A stretch of 64,000 nucleotides of DNA, taken from the NCBI RefSeq assembly GCF_963921235.1, contig NC_086097.1, forward strand, positions 158,846,001 to 158,910,000, written 5' to 3'. How positions within the stretch are numbered: position 1 is the first letter of the stretch; each line of letters opens with the position of its first letter. Both the position numbers and the translations under genes were made by a program. The notes beneath the pieces are model-generated. The model made no database searches. It saw only the letters and a list, made by a program, of their open reading frames with translations, and was not told the DNA's origin. The DNA is from Mobula hypostoma (Eukaryota). This document shows, piece by piece, positions 13,090 to 26,079 of this stretch.

Positions 13090-13325
13090 TGGGTGGTAGG
13101 GTTAGTGGTTAGCATAGCGCTATTACAGTGCCAGCAATCTGGGTTCAGTCCTACTATTGTATGTAAGGAGTTCTCTCTGTGACCGTGTGGGTTTCCTCCA
13201 GTTTCCCCCCACGTTCCAAAGAATGCTGGCCAGTAGGTTAAAATAATTAATCACATGAGAGTAATTGGTAGGTGTAGGCTTGTTGAGCCAGTATGGTCTA
13301 TAAGTGTGCGGTATCTCTAAATTTT
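13090..13325 (+). mobile_element. tRNA-derived V-SINE-like element
   Basis: A-box-like TAGTGGTTAGC, B-box-like GGGTTCAGTCC, and central GTGTGGGTTTCCTCC...TTCCAAAGA. Confidence 0.6.
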
Positions 13326-13354
13326 TTTTATTAAATCAGCTTCTCCTTTACAAG

Positions 13355-13797
13355 AGAACTGCTTGGATTAGAGAGCATGCACCAAGAGAAGAAGTTGGCC
13401 AAACTAGGTTTGTTTGCTCTGGAGGCAGAGAGGAGATCTGATAGAAGTTTATAACATTATGAGAGGCATAAATGGATTAGATAGCTGGTATTATTTACCC
13501 AGGATCAAAGTTTCCAGAAGGCATGCACTTAACATGAGAGGACAAAAGTTCAAATGAAAGGTGCGAGTAAGTGTTTTACATAGAGCGATGAATGACTGGA
13601 ATACGTGGTCAGAGGCAGTGGTGCAGATAGATATCATCAAAGAATTTAAAACGCCCCTAATATGCAGAGATTGGGGAGGATGTGGAAAGTGCATAGGCAG
13701 GAGGCGTTTCATTAATTAGATGTCATTAACTTAATTCCTTCGCACGACATCGTGGGCCACGAGACCTGCTTCCGTGCTGTGTTCTATGTTCTATGCT
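13355..13797 (+). mobile_element. CR1 LINE 3' fragment, degraded
   Basis: Resembles the ORF2 C-terminus and 3' UTR of 15547-16260; ends GTTCTATGTTCTATG. Confidence 0.7.
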
Positions 13798-15091
13798 TTT
13801 ATTTCTTCTTCTGTTAAATCCAAAAACGCTACCACTGTCAATCAATCATTTGAATTCATAGATTCAGAGAGAAATATAAGCAACTTTGTTTGGAAAAGTT
13901 CTTCACTATTTGCCAAGCAGAACCTAGGTGAAATATAGTTTATATTTAACACCTTCAGGGTGTCTTAAGCACTTCCAGAGTTGCTATTGTAAGATAGGCA
14001 GCCAATTTGCACACAGCAAGGTTCCAGATGCAGCAATATAATAATCATTGGATAATCTGTTATATTTTACTCATTCTGGAGGTGTGGCTGTTGATGGCAA
14101 GCCTTACATTTATTCCAGTTATTATTTCATGTCAGGAAGGTAGTGTTGATAACAATGATCTATTTCAGACCGCATAGCAGTTAAACTCAGCCATTAATAA
14201 ATTGTATTCTGATTCTTACACATTCATGCCTGGTTTATGCTTGAGCATATTCAATTGAGGTACACAAGATGTGAGTGTCACTAGAATAGGTGTATTTTTT
14301 ACTCATTTTTATGTTTCAGAGGAAATTGCATTTAGCTTACTTCGAGATAATTTTTCATCTCTCGTTTGTTTTCTATCAACTGAGAAGCAGTTGTTCATGG
14401 AACCGATTAGGTACTAGAACACACTGCCAAAGGAGGTGGTGGAATAACATGCAATTATTATGTTTAAGACACATATAGGCAGGCACACAAATAGGTCAGC
14501 TAGAGAAGGAAATGTTCCTGATGTAGGCAAATGGGATTAGTGCAGGTCAGCCAAAAAGCTGGTATGGACGTGGTGGGCAAAGAGCCCATTTCAAGATTCA
14601 AAATTGTTCAATGTAATTTCCAGTAAACAAGTGTAAAGAGAATGAAATATGAGTAGTTGTTACTCTAGGTCCAATGCAGCACAAAAAAAACACAATATAA
14701 AAACACAACAGTAATAAAAAGCACAATAGATATAAATGTGTAAAATAGCTTATTTTCATAGATTGATTGCATGTTCATTAAAGGATGCTAGACACAACAG
14801 TGTCTATGCTGAAAATGTCTTGGGGTTGCCAGAATTATGGCCTGGATGCCCATTCCATCATATAAAAGAAACCTCTCTGTTTTCATGTCAATCAACATCA
14901 ATCATTTGTATCAGGATTTCTCTATTAAAAAGTTAAACTCTTTACAAAAAAGCCCAAAAAGCTCTCAAATTTTAAACAAGCAAATTAAAAATATGAGGTG
15001 AAAAAATCAACAGCATATAATTAGACAGGTTGGACTAATAATTTCTCATCGACATGCCAATGAAATCAGAAATATCCTAGTGCTGTCTGTA

Positions 15092-17302
15092 AGACCATAA
15101 GATATATGGGCAGATTTAGGCTATTCAGCCCATTGAGTCTGCTACACCATTTCATTATGGCTGATCCAATTTTCCACTCAACCCTAATCTCCTGCCTTCT
15201 CCCTGTATCCCTTCAGGCCCTGACCAGGCAAGAATCTATCAACCTTTAAATACACATGCCTTAAATGTACATAAAAACTTGGCCTCCACAGCTGCCTGAG
15301 GCAAAGAATTCCACAGATTCACCACTCTGGCTAAAGAATTTCAACCTCACCTCTGTTCTGAAATGATGCCTCTCTATTCTGAGGCTGTGTCTTCTGGTCT
15401 TAGACTCTCCCACCATAGGAAATGTCCTCTCCACATCCACTCTATCAAGGCCTTTCACCATTTGATAGGTTTCAATCAGGTCATTCCTCATACATCTGAA
15501 TTCTAGTGGATACAGGCCCAAAGCCATCAGACGCTCTTCATATAGGATACTTGGCAGTGTGGAGGAGCAGAGGGATCTGGGGGTACATGTCCACAGATCC
15601 CTGAAGGTTGCCTCACAGCTGGATAGGGTAGTTAAGAAAGCTTATGGGGTGTTAGCTTTCATAAGTCGAGGGATAGAGTTTAAGAGTCACGATGTAATGA
15701 TGCAGCTCTATAAAACTCTGTTTAGGCCACACTTGGAGTACTGTGTCCATTTCTGGTCGCCTCACTATAGGAAGGATGTGGAAGCAATGGAAAGTGTACA
15801 GAGGAGATTTATCACGATGCTGCCTGGTTCAGAGAGTATGCATTATGATCAGATATTAAGGGAGCTAGGGCTTTACTCTTTGGAGAGAAGGAGGATGAGA
15901 GGAGACATGATAGAGGTGTACAAGATAACAGGAGGAATAGATAGAGTGGATAGCCAGCTCCTCTTCCCCAGGGCACCACTGCTCAATACAAGAGGACATG
16001 GCTTTAAGGTAAGGGGTGGGAAGTTCAATGGGGATATTGGAGGAAGGTTTTTTACTCAGAGAGTGGTTGGTGTGTGGAATGCACTGCCTGAGTCGGTGGT
16101 GGAGGCAGATACACTCGTGAAGTTTAAGAGACTACTAGACAGGTATATGGAGGAATTTAAGGTGCAGGGTTATATGGGAGGCAGGGTTTGAGGGTCGGCA
16201 CAACATTGTGGGCCAAAGGGCCTGTACTGTGCTGTACTATTCTATGTTCTATATGTTCTATATGACAAGTCATTCAATCCTGGAATCATTTTTGTGAATC
16301 TCCCTTGAACCCTCTCCAGTTTCAGCACATCTTTTCTAAAATAAGGGGCCCAAAACTGCTCACAATACTCCAAGTGAGGCCTCACCAGTGCTTTATAAAG
16401 TCTCACCATTACATAATTGCTTTTACATTCTAGTCCTCTTGAAATGAATGATAACATCACATTTGCCTTCCTCACCGTAGACTCAACCTGCAAATCAGCC
16501 TTTAGGGAATCCTGCACAAGGACTCCCAAGTCCCTTTGCACATCAGTTTTTTGTACTTTCTCTTCATTTAGAAATGGACAACCCTTTCATTTCTTCTACC
16601 AAAGTGCATGACCATACACATTCCAACATTGTGTGCCATCTGCCATTTCTTTGCCCATTCTTCTAATCCGTCTGTCCCGCTGTAGCCTTCCTCAAAACTA
16701 CCTGCCCCTCCACCATCTTCATATCGTCTGCAAACTTTGCAACAAAGCAATCAACTCCATCAGACAAATCATTGACAGATAACGTGTAAAGAATCAATCC
16801 AACACAGACCCCTGTGGAACACCACTAGTCACCAGCAGCCAACAATAAAAGGCTCCCTTTATTCCCACTCTTTGCCTCCTGCCAATCAGCCACTACTTTA
16901 TCCATGCTAGAATCTTTCCTGCAATACCATGGGCTCATAGTTTGTTAAGCAGCCCCATGTGTGGCATCTTATCAAAGGCCTTCTGAAAGTCCAAGTACAC
17001 AAGTTCAACCAATTCTCCTTTGTCTATCCTGTTTGTTATTTCTTCACAGAATTCCAGCAGATTTGTCAGGCAAGATTTTCCACTGAGGAAACCATGCTGA
17101 CTACGGTCTATTTTATTATGTGCCTCCAAGTACCCTTAATAATCAACTCCCAATGTTTTCCCAACTGCTGAGGTCAGACCAACTGGTCTATAGTTTCCAT
17201 TCATAAGCCTTTCTTTCTTTTTGAAGAGTGGAGTGATGTTTGCAATTTTCCAGTCTCCCAGAACCATTCCAGAATCTAGTGATTGTTGAAAGATCATTAC
17301 TA
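15092..17302 (-). mobile_element. CR1 LINE (RT and 3' end), interrupted by a younger opposite-strand CR1
   Basis: QHGFLSGKSCLTNLLEF...VYLDFQKAFDK (16935-17129) and YKALVRPHLEYC (16242-16541). 3' tail near 15092. Confidence 0.9.
15547..16260 (+). mobile_element. CR1 LINE 3' fragment nested in the older CR1
   Basis: Open 210-aa ORF 15559-16191 (QRDLGVHVHRSLK...YKTLFRPHLEYC...FFTQRVVGVWNALP) with a TTCTATG-type tail. The host CR1 resumes at TATGACAAG. Confidence 0.9.
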
Positions 17303-17829
17303 AGTACTGTCAAAGTACTTTCAGGGTGGAGTTGATGGGCATGCGACACAATCTCTTTTACTTTTTTCCCTCATCATCACGCTGTTCTCTACCCCGCTCT
17401 GTACAAGTTAGAGCAGCTTAATAACATCTGATCATGTTTATTATGCTTGCCAGCAATGATTGATAATAGAATTAAAATGGCTTATCTAGTTTATGTTTCA
17501 CCATGAATCTTATGCACATCATACACCATGTGTGTTTGTGTTACACATTCATGAGGATCTATCTGAGACTGCCCCTTTGCTTGTCGAGTGTCCTCCCAAA
17601 CTTGACTGCAAATCAAAACGGGTGGTGACTTTCATGTGTATTGGGATTCATGTGGATTATGGTTGTGAATCTGAAAGCAATCCCTCTGTTTACACGTTAG
17701 AAACTTTTTAATACTTCAGTGTCTCTCTGTTCAATCGTTGTATTTAATCCCAGTTTTAAAAAGGAAGATTACAGAAATAGATTGAAGGTTAAGAGGCAGT
17801 TTATTCCATGCACTTTATATTAGGAAGTG

Positions 17830-18028
17830 TATGGGGTGTCGAGGATGGGCAGCACCTCTGGTGGGGGAACATGTCGTGTCCTTTTCAAGGTGGTTAGTCC
17901 ACAGTTGGTCCCCATCTGGCACTCAGCTCTCACCTGTGGCTCCCCGTAGCTGTTTGTATGCGACAGCGGCCACACCCATCATAATGGTGTCAATGTCCTC
18001 ATTGACATCGACGTTGGATGAACACACT
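17830..18028 (+). mobile_element. 199-bp retroposed element with a 12-bp TSD (possibly an RTE-derived short non-autonomous element)
   Basis: TATTAGGAAGTG occurs exactly at 17818-17829 and 18029-18040. GC-rich insert, no recognisable tRNA head. Strand and family are tentative. Confidence 0.7.
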
Positions 18029-18329
18029 TATTAGGAAGTGCCTTGACAGAGGAAACAAAGTAACAGATCCACTCGGGTTCACAGAGTGAGGTAGTTGGTA
18101 AAGAACCAGATGGAGAACAACATATATTAACTAATAACAACACTCAAAAGGAAATAGGATAAGAAGAGACATTCACACAAGAAGGACTGGTAGTAGTTTA
18201 ATTGGACCACGCTTTCAAAGGGCCAATTCTGGCATTAAGGGATGAATGGATTCCCTGAACTCTCTTAGATTCTGTGACTGTATGGGCAACTGATCACAAC
18301 TCAGTAAGTTAATGACAAAATGTCTTGGA

Positions 18330-20766
18330 TTAGACAATAGACAATAGGTGCAGGAGTAGGCCATTCAGCCCTTTGAGCCAGCACTGCCATTCACTGTGAT
18401 CATGGCTGATCATCCACTATCAGTATCCAGTTCCTGCCTTAGCCCCATAACCTTTGATTCCACTATCTTTAAGAGCTCTATCCATCTCTTTCTTGAAAGC
18501 ATCCAGAGACTTGGCCTCCACACCCTTCTGGGGCACAGCATTCCATATATATCCACCACTCTCTGGGTGAAAAAGTTTTTCCTCAACTCCGTTCTAAATG
18601 GCCTACCCCTTATTCTTAAACTGTGGCCTCTGGTTCTGGACTCACCCATCAGCGGGAACATGCTTCCTGCCTCCAGCGTGTCCAATCCCTTAATAATCTT
18701 ATAAATTTCAATCAGATCCCCTCTCAGCCTTCTAAATTCCAGAGTATACAAGCCCAGTCGCTCCAATCTTTCGACATATGACAGTCCCGTCATCCCGGGA
18801 ATTAACTTTGTGAACCTACGCTGCACTCCCTCAATAGCAAGAATGTCCTTCCTCAAATTTGGAGACCAAGACTGCACACAGTACTCCAGGTGTGGTCTCA
18901 CCAGGGCCCTGTACAGATGCAAAAGGACCTCTTTGCTCTTATACTCAATTCCCCTTTTTATGAAGGCCAGCATGCCATTAGCTTTCTTCACAGCCTGCTG
19001 TACTTGCATGCTTACTTTCAGTGACTGATGTACAAGAACACCTAGATCTCGTTGTACTTCCCCTTTTCCTAACTTGACTCCATTTAGATAATAATCTGCC
19101 TTCCTGTCCTTACCACCAAAGTGGATAACCTCACATTTATCCACATTAAACTGCACCTGCCATGCATCTGCCCACTCACCCAACCTGTCCAAGTCACCCT
19201 GCATTCTCATAGCATCCTCCTCACATTTCACACTGCCACCCAGCTTTGTGTCATCGGCAAATTTGCTAATGTTACTTTTAATTCTTTCATCTAAATCATT
19301 AATATATATTGTAAACAGCTGCGGTCCCAGCACTGAACCCTGAGGTACCCCACTGGTCACTGCCTGCCATTCCGAAAGGGACCCATTAATCGCTACTCTT
19401 TGTTTTCTGTCAGCCAGCCAATTTTCAATCCATGTCAGTACTCTGCCCCCAATACCATGTGCCCTAATTTTGCCCACTAATCTCCTATGTGGGACTTTAT
19501 CAAAGGCTTTCTGAAAGTCCAGGTACACTACATCCACTGGCTCTCTCTTGTCCATTTTCATAGTTACATCCTCAAAAAATTCCAGAAGATTAGTCAAGCA
19601 TGATTTCCCCTTCGTAAGTCCATGCTGACGGACCGATCCTGTTACTGCCATCCAGATGTGTCGTAATTTCATCTTTTATAATTGACTCCAGCATCTTTCC
19701 CACCACTGACGTCAGGCTAACCGGTCTATAATTCCCTGTTTTCTCTCTTCCTCCCTTCTTGAAGAGAGGGACAACATTAGCCACCCTCCAATACACAGGA
19801 ACTGATCCTGAATCTATAGAACATTGGAAAATGATTACCAATGTGTCCACGATTTCTAAAGCCACCTCCTTAAGTACCCTGGGATGCAGACCATCAGGTC
19901 CTGGGGACTCATCAGCCTTCAGACCCAACAGTCTATCCAAAACCATTTCCTGCCTAATTTAAATTTCCTTCAGTTCATCCATTACCTTAGGTCCTTTGGC
20001 CACTATTATATCTGGGAGATTGTTTGTGTCTTCCCTAGTGAAGACAGATCCAAAGTACCTGTTCAACTCGTCCGCCATTTCTTTGTTCCCCATAATAAAT
20101 TCACCTGCTTCTGTCTTCAAGGGCCCAATTTTGTTCAAACTATTTTTTTCCTTTTCACATACCTAAAGAAGCTTTTACTATCTTCCTTTATATTCTTGGC
20201 TAGTTTACCTTCGTACCTCATTTTTTCTCCGCGTATTGCCTTTTGGTTACCTTCTGTTGCTCTTTAAAAGTTTCCCAATCCTCGGGCTTCCCACTCGTCT
20301 TTGCTATGTTATACTTCTTCTCTTTTATTTTTATACTGTCCATTACTTCCCTTGTCAGCCACGGCCTCCCCTTAGTCCCCTTAGGATCTTTCTTCCTCTT
20401 TGGAATGAACTGATCCTGAACCTTCCGCATTATTCCCAGAAACACTTGCCATTGTTGTTCCACTGTCATCCCTGCTAGGGTATTGTTACATTGAACTTTG
20501 GCCAGCTCCTCCCTCATAGCACCATTGTTCCCTTTGTTCAGGCTGTAATACTGACACTTCCAAGTTTCCCTTCTCCCTCTCAAATTGTAGATTAAGACTT
20601 ATCATATTATGGTCACTACCTCCTAATGGCTCCTTTACCTCGAGGACCCTGATCAAATCCGGTTCATTGCACAACACTAAATCTAGAATTGCGTTCTCTC
20701 TGGTAGGCTCCAGTACAAGCTATTCTAAGAATCCATCTCGGAGGGACTCCACAAACTCCCTTTCTT
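18330..20766 (-). mobile_element. CR1 LINE, 5'-truncated; relatively young ORF2 with a few frameshifts
   Basis: 420-aa RT ORF 18410-19672 (LDFQKAFDKV, GVPQGSVLGP, FADDTKL). Upstream segments SPGPDGLHPRVLKE, NYRPVSLTS and EPLGGSDHN. Tail TAGACAATAGACAATAG. Confidence 0.95.
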
Positions 20767-20924
20767 AGATGAGAAATGTATGTTTAGAGTTTTAAAAGGG
20801 CAGTAGTGGTAGTGCTGTGAACAAGGGCAAACAAGTTATTTTAGATCTCTCTCTTGTATCAGTACTTGCTCCCTTCCTCCTGAAATATTTTCTCTTCTGT
20901 TTTTTAAATTAACACACAATGAAA

Positions 20925-22240
20925 AACAGGAAGTGCTTGACGAACTCAGCAGGTCGGGCAGCTTTAATGGGCTGATTTGACCCAAGCAATTCGAGTGTCC
21001 AGGAAATGTGGTAATAAGCATACAAGCGCAACTAAGTAACTTAAGCCCAATTTGTTATAATAAAAGGGTTCACGATTCTTAGTCATCACTTGATTGTTAC
21101 TGTTGTTGGCTGAACTCCGAATTCCGACTCACTCGTGAAACCACCCTTGGGTCTTAGGCACAAACATAGATCATTTGTTATCATGCCATTAACTCAGTCT
21201 GGTTTCTTTCATTCAAACAATACATGTGTTCATTGACACAGTGTTTAGCATACCCTAATAAATCAATTTGACACTTTAATTGTCACTCCTTATCCATCAG
21301 TCCATCAGCATTTTTGACTTAACCTTGCTTTAGTTACCGAAGAACATTTATATTACATATAAGGGATAAGCCCAAAAAGACGAAGAAGAAGCCATCAGCC
21401 AGCTTGACAGAAACCAAGAAAGAATCCATCAAACTAGCTCTCAAACTGACCAACAGCTATTTAGTCATGAACAGACATCCTCATGTTAGTAGTGACTGAG
21501 ACTAAAAAAAATCCTTTAGACATTAGACATTAACAGACCTACGGTAGTTACTTTGTACAGATAATCTACATGCTGCAAGCTCGCAGAGAGTTGAATTGCC
21601 ATTTTGAATCATTCAGACATCATTAAATGTTTACAAAATTTAATATATCACACCAGCATCTATGGAAGGAATTGAACAGTTGATGTTTTGGGACAGAGAC
21701 CCTTCAACAGGAGTTGAAAGAAAAAGTGGCTGAAGCCAGAATAAAAGGGCGGGAGAAGGGAAGGGAGGGGGAGGAGCACAAGGGGCAAGTGAGTCCAGGT
21801 GGGAGGAGAAAGTTAGGTAGATGCAGGAAGGAAGTAGGAATGATGTAAGAAGCTGGGAAGTTATAGGTGGATGAGGCAAAGAGCTGAGAAGATGGAATCT
21901 GATAGGAGAGGACAGTAGATCATGGAATATAGAGTAAGAAGTGGGAAACCAAAGGGAGGGAGGTGTGGGTGATAGGCAGGTTCTGGAGATGGGCTGGGTA
22001 AATATAGGAGTAGTGGGGCGAACAGTATAAGGAAAACACAAGACGGAGGAAGTACAGAGGGGAGTGGTTACCGTAAGTTGGAGAAACCAATGTTGAAGAT
22101 GTCAGGGAGGAGAATGAGGTGCTGTTCCTCAGATCTACTTCCAGCCTCAACTTGGAAATAAAGGAGGCTGTGGAAATACTTGGCAGTGTAAAAATCAGGA
22201 GTGCAATTAAAATGGTTTGTCATCAAAACATCCTGGCTGT
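20925..22240 (-). mobile_element. Penelope-like 3' fragment (minus), split by a 691-bp insert at 20963-21653
   Basis: The end sequence ACTCAGCAGG..GGCAGC|ATCTATGG is broken between 20962 and 21654. A purine-rich UTR and GIY-YIG C-terminal remnant extend to about 22240. Confidence 0.7.
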
Positions 22241-22289
22241 TATAACAGATGGAGATGAAAGAAAAGAGGACATCTCAGATTCATATTTT

Positions 22290-22925
22290 GTTTTCCTTTT
22301 TCTCTCTAATCCCATTAACCTTTCCCTTCCCCTTTCCCCGCCTTCGTGACCTGCCGATCATTCACAACTCCTGTACTTTATTCCATGGTCCACTGTACTT
22401 TCCTAACAGATTCTATTATCTTCCACCCTTCACCTTTCAGCTTCTCACAGCATTCCCACTTCCTGCCCCCACCAACTATCTTCAATAGCTACTGGATACC
22501 TGGATTCAATAGCTACTGCCAATTTGTGCTCCTCCCCATCCCCTTCCATTTTGTTCTGTCTTCTGCCCTTTCCAGTTCTAATAAGACCATAAGCTCTAGG
22601 AGCAGATTCAGGCCATTTGGCCCATCGAGTCTGCTCCGCTGTGTCATCATGGCGGATCTATTTTCCTCTCAGCCCCAATTTCCTGCCTACCCCCCCCCCA
22701 CCCCTGTCTCCCATTTTGCCCTGATCAATCAATAATCTATCAACCTCTGTCTTAAATATACATAAAGGTTTGGCCTCCACAGCAATGAATTCCACAGATT
22801 CACTAATGAAGTGTCTCGGCCTGAATTGTCAACTGTTCATTTCCCTCTATAGGTGCTGCCTAACCTTCTGAGTTCCTCCAGCATTTTGTGAGTATTGCTC
22901 TAGATTTCTAGCATCTGAATGCCTC
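22290..22925 (+). mobile_element. Penelope-like 3' fragment with a CR1 3' end (about 22583-22802) inserted in its hammerhead core
   Basis: TTCCAGTTCTAAT|CR1 tail|CTAATGAAGTGTCTCGGCCTGAATTGTCAACTG, with CTAAT duplicated. Confidence 0.7.
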
Positions 22926-25419
22926 CAGTTAAAACAGGATATAGCATTGGAAAAATACAGTCATTTGACTTTAATTTCACTCATGAGAACAAGCTGACAA
23001 CTCACTTGTGAAATGGAAGAAGCTTACTGTGAGCTGTGCCTTATCCATTGTGAATAGTGATATGAAATGGGATTGTGCCCTAGGTTACAAATCCTCAATT
23101 AAGTTATATTAATTTTATAATAACTGATGTGCTTCCATCAAAGTTGCCAACAAATGGTCTTGTGATACCATTTGTATTACACTTTTTCTTGAGTATGAGA
23201 GTTAGAATGATAGTGGAGAATGGAAGTTGAATTTTAATACATAAGATCAATCAGGTGGAGATAAACATCAGCAATACATTCAGGTGACTACAGCCCATGC
23301 CCAATGTGTCCATCCTTCTTGGTAGCGCATAAACAAGATTACTTGATGGAATCACTTCCATTATTGGAGCACTTAAGTTTGCAACAAACCCAATACTCAA
23401 CAGCGTAAGTTACGTGGAAATTGGAGAATCTCTTAGGATTTTCCCCAATATGCTCACAAATGAGTGAGTTTTAGATAATCGGCATGTTGGTCTATAGTCC
23501 TCAACTTATCCACTTCAGCAGAGGCTCAATCCCCACCACCACTTTCTAAGGTTACTCTGTTAAGCAAATATCAGGGGATCCTTTGCAGCACAGAAGTTTT
23601 TTTGAGAATGCTGGCACTTCAAAACACACCTCAGAATGTGTCATATCTTGGCATTCATCAGTGCATTAGTTTCCAGGGCACACTAATGGACAGATGTAAA
23701 AGAGTTGCCATATTTTTTTTTAGCTTTATAAGAAAGGAAAACTTAACAGAGAGAACAATTTCTCAAACAACATCTTTATATACAAACTCTTAATGACTAT
23801 AATTTATGATGAACATATGCTTTCCCTGACTTTTGTCATTCCTTTCACGATTATGATCCATGTCTCTTCGTGATCTCTGCCTTATCAGTTGAAAAACTCT
23901 TAGTACTTAAACTTGAAATTTTGGAGCCTCTGGGGATCCTGTCAGAAACCACTTCACCTGGTCTTTGTTGATAATGAAAGAAGACATGGAAGAGTGGTCT
24001 CGCTTCAATGTCTCTTTTCACCATCATACATCTTCTGAGTCAGCAACATACAGTACTGTGCAAATGTCTTAAACTCCCTAGATTTTTTATATGGTTTACT
24101 TTTGACTTTCTCAGCCACTGCATCTCCGCAGAAGGTACACTGGTGATAAAGCTTTCTTTGTTCAATGTGCCCATCCTTCAATGCAACCAACTCAGAATCA
24201 AAGAAAGGAAAGATATTTCAGAACAGTTTACCTTGCACCACTCTACCAACAAACAACCCATTGCAACCTGTGAAGCACTGTTTGCATCATCAGATTGTAC
24301 CTGGCTGGTTGTGCAGGCAGAGATTGAAGACTGGCATTTCAGTCTCTGGCAGTTGTAATAGGAACTATTATTCTTAAAACACATTATAGCTCTGTGTCAT
24401 AACACAACTGCTACCTCCGCCTGCTTCCGTTTCACTGATTTACTGCCACATGTGAAAGGATATGATTCATGTCAGACGAGGAAGATTTACTATGAAATTA
24501 GTTAGATATCAAAATAAACAAAACCTGCAGTGTGGCTCCCTCCTTAGTGTTAGCACTCTGATGTGAAACGTTACTCTCTAAAGGAGGATGGAGATGAGTG
24601 ATATGCATGATAAATATTTACCTTAAGACAGATGGCAGCCCCATCTTTTAAAGTAATTAATTGTTGACATAATCCCACATAATCCTGGTTACAGAACTCT
24701 GCTGTGCAGCCTTATGTTCAGCCAGTTTCACTCAGCTTCGTCTAGTTGCAGTAGCCATCATCTGTTTGATGATTCTTTGCAAATCATCTTCCTTTTTGTT
24801 AAGACTGCATCCAGATTTATTAGACTTTATCAAACACTCACTCATTTTTTTATCAAATTGTATGTAAATGTGATTAAATGAATCTGACCCAAAAGAACTC
24901 TCACATGAATTACTTTGAAATGGGTCGCTTACAAACTCCCGCCAATTGTCAAAAAGTAAGAGGCCAATTAATCTATTAACACTGGAGTTGTTTGAGGGAG
25001 CACTGCTGATCTGGGATCCTCTTCTTTTCTAAAATACTGCCCAGAGGTTTTAAAAACCTGTCTGAATTACTATGGTAGATATTATCTTTTGCTGCCCCAA
25101 ATACTAGATAGCACACACAGCAATGTGGTCTTCACCAAGAGCTGTGCTGATATGCCTGCCAGGTTTTTGTGGTTAAGTCATGGTGTGGGGTTAAAATTTG
25201 CCGCTGCCTGGCTCAGGGGCCAGAGTCCTTTCAGCAGCATCATGCCTGTACTCCAAGCAGAATCAGTGATCCGTTCGTGTAAGGCACGTGTCTGCTGAAT
25301 ACTTTAAAGTAGAGATATGATAAAACTGACCTTCCAAGAAGAAGATTTTAAAAAAAGCCATTAGTCTCCCTTTAAGATGTAACTCAGATGAAACAGCGGG
25401 CAGATGAGGGAGATACAAG

Positions 25420-25890
25420 AGATGCAATCTCAGTGGCTCTCCACTCGGCCTGGAACCACCTGGACAGCAGCAGTTCCTACATCAGGCTACTGTTTTTTGA
25501 TTACAGCTCAGCGTTCAACAACCTCCAAAATGTAGACCTCTGTCCCTCCCTCTGCACCTGGATCCTTGACTTCCTCATTGGGAAATCACAGTCAGTGTAG
25601 ATCAGAAATAATCTCCTCCTCCCTCAAGAATGTGTGCTTAGCCCACTGCTCTACTCTCTCTACACCCATATCTGTGTTGCTAGGCACAGCTCAAACATGG
25701 TCTATAAACTTGGCGATGACACAACTGTTGTTGGCAGAGCTCAGATGGATAAAAAGAGGCATACATGAATGAGATAGTTGTTATAGAGTGTCACCACAAC
25801 CTTGCACTCAACATCAGTAAGACCAAGGAACTGACTATGAACATCAGAAAGGAGAAATCAAGGGAACGCACACAAGTTTTCATTGAGGGA
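25420..25890 (+). mobile_element. Rex1/Babar LINE RT fragment, degraded
   Basis: DAISVALHSAWNHLD...YIRLLFFDYSSAFN...LCTWILDFL. Confidence 0.75.
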
Positions 25891-26079
25891 CTGATGTATT
25901 GAATCCAGATGAAGGATCTTGATCCACATTGCCAACTGTCCATTTCCCCCCACATATTCTGCCAGACAGAGAAGAGATAACCTTTCTTTAATGAAGACTA
26001 TTAGCATTGATCACGGATTTTATTTCTGTATGATATTATCTTCCTTTAATTTTTTGTTCACAATTGAAATTGCAGTTGT

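Noticed and set aside
18410..19672. 420-aa RT ORF as an active or domesticated gene
   Set aside because: Ordinary 5'-truncated CR1 with frameshifts on both sides.
23940..24400. Cluster of overlapping short ORFs in non-repeat DNA
   Set aside because: No recognisable domain and no consistent splice signals.
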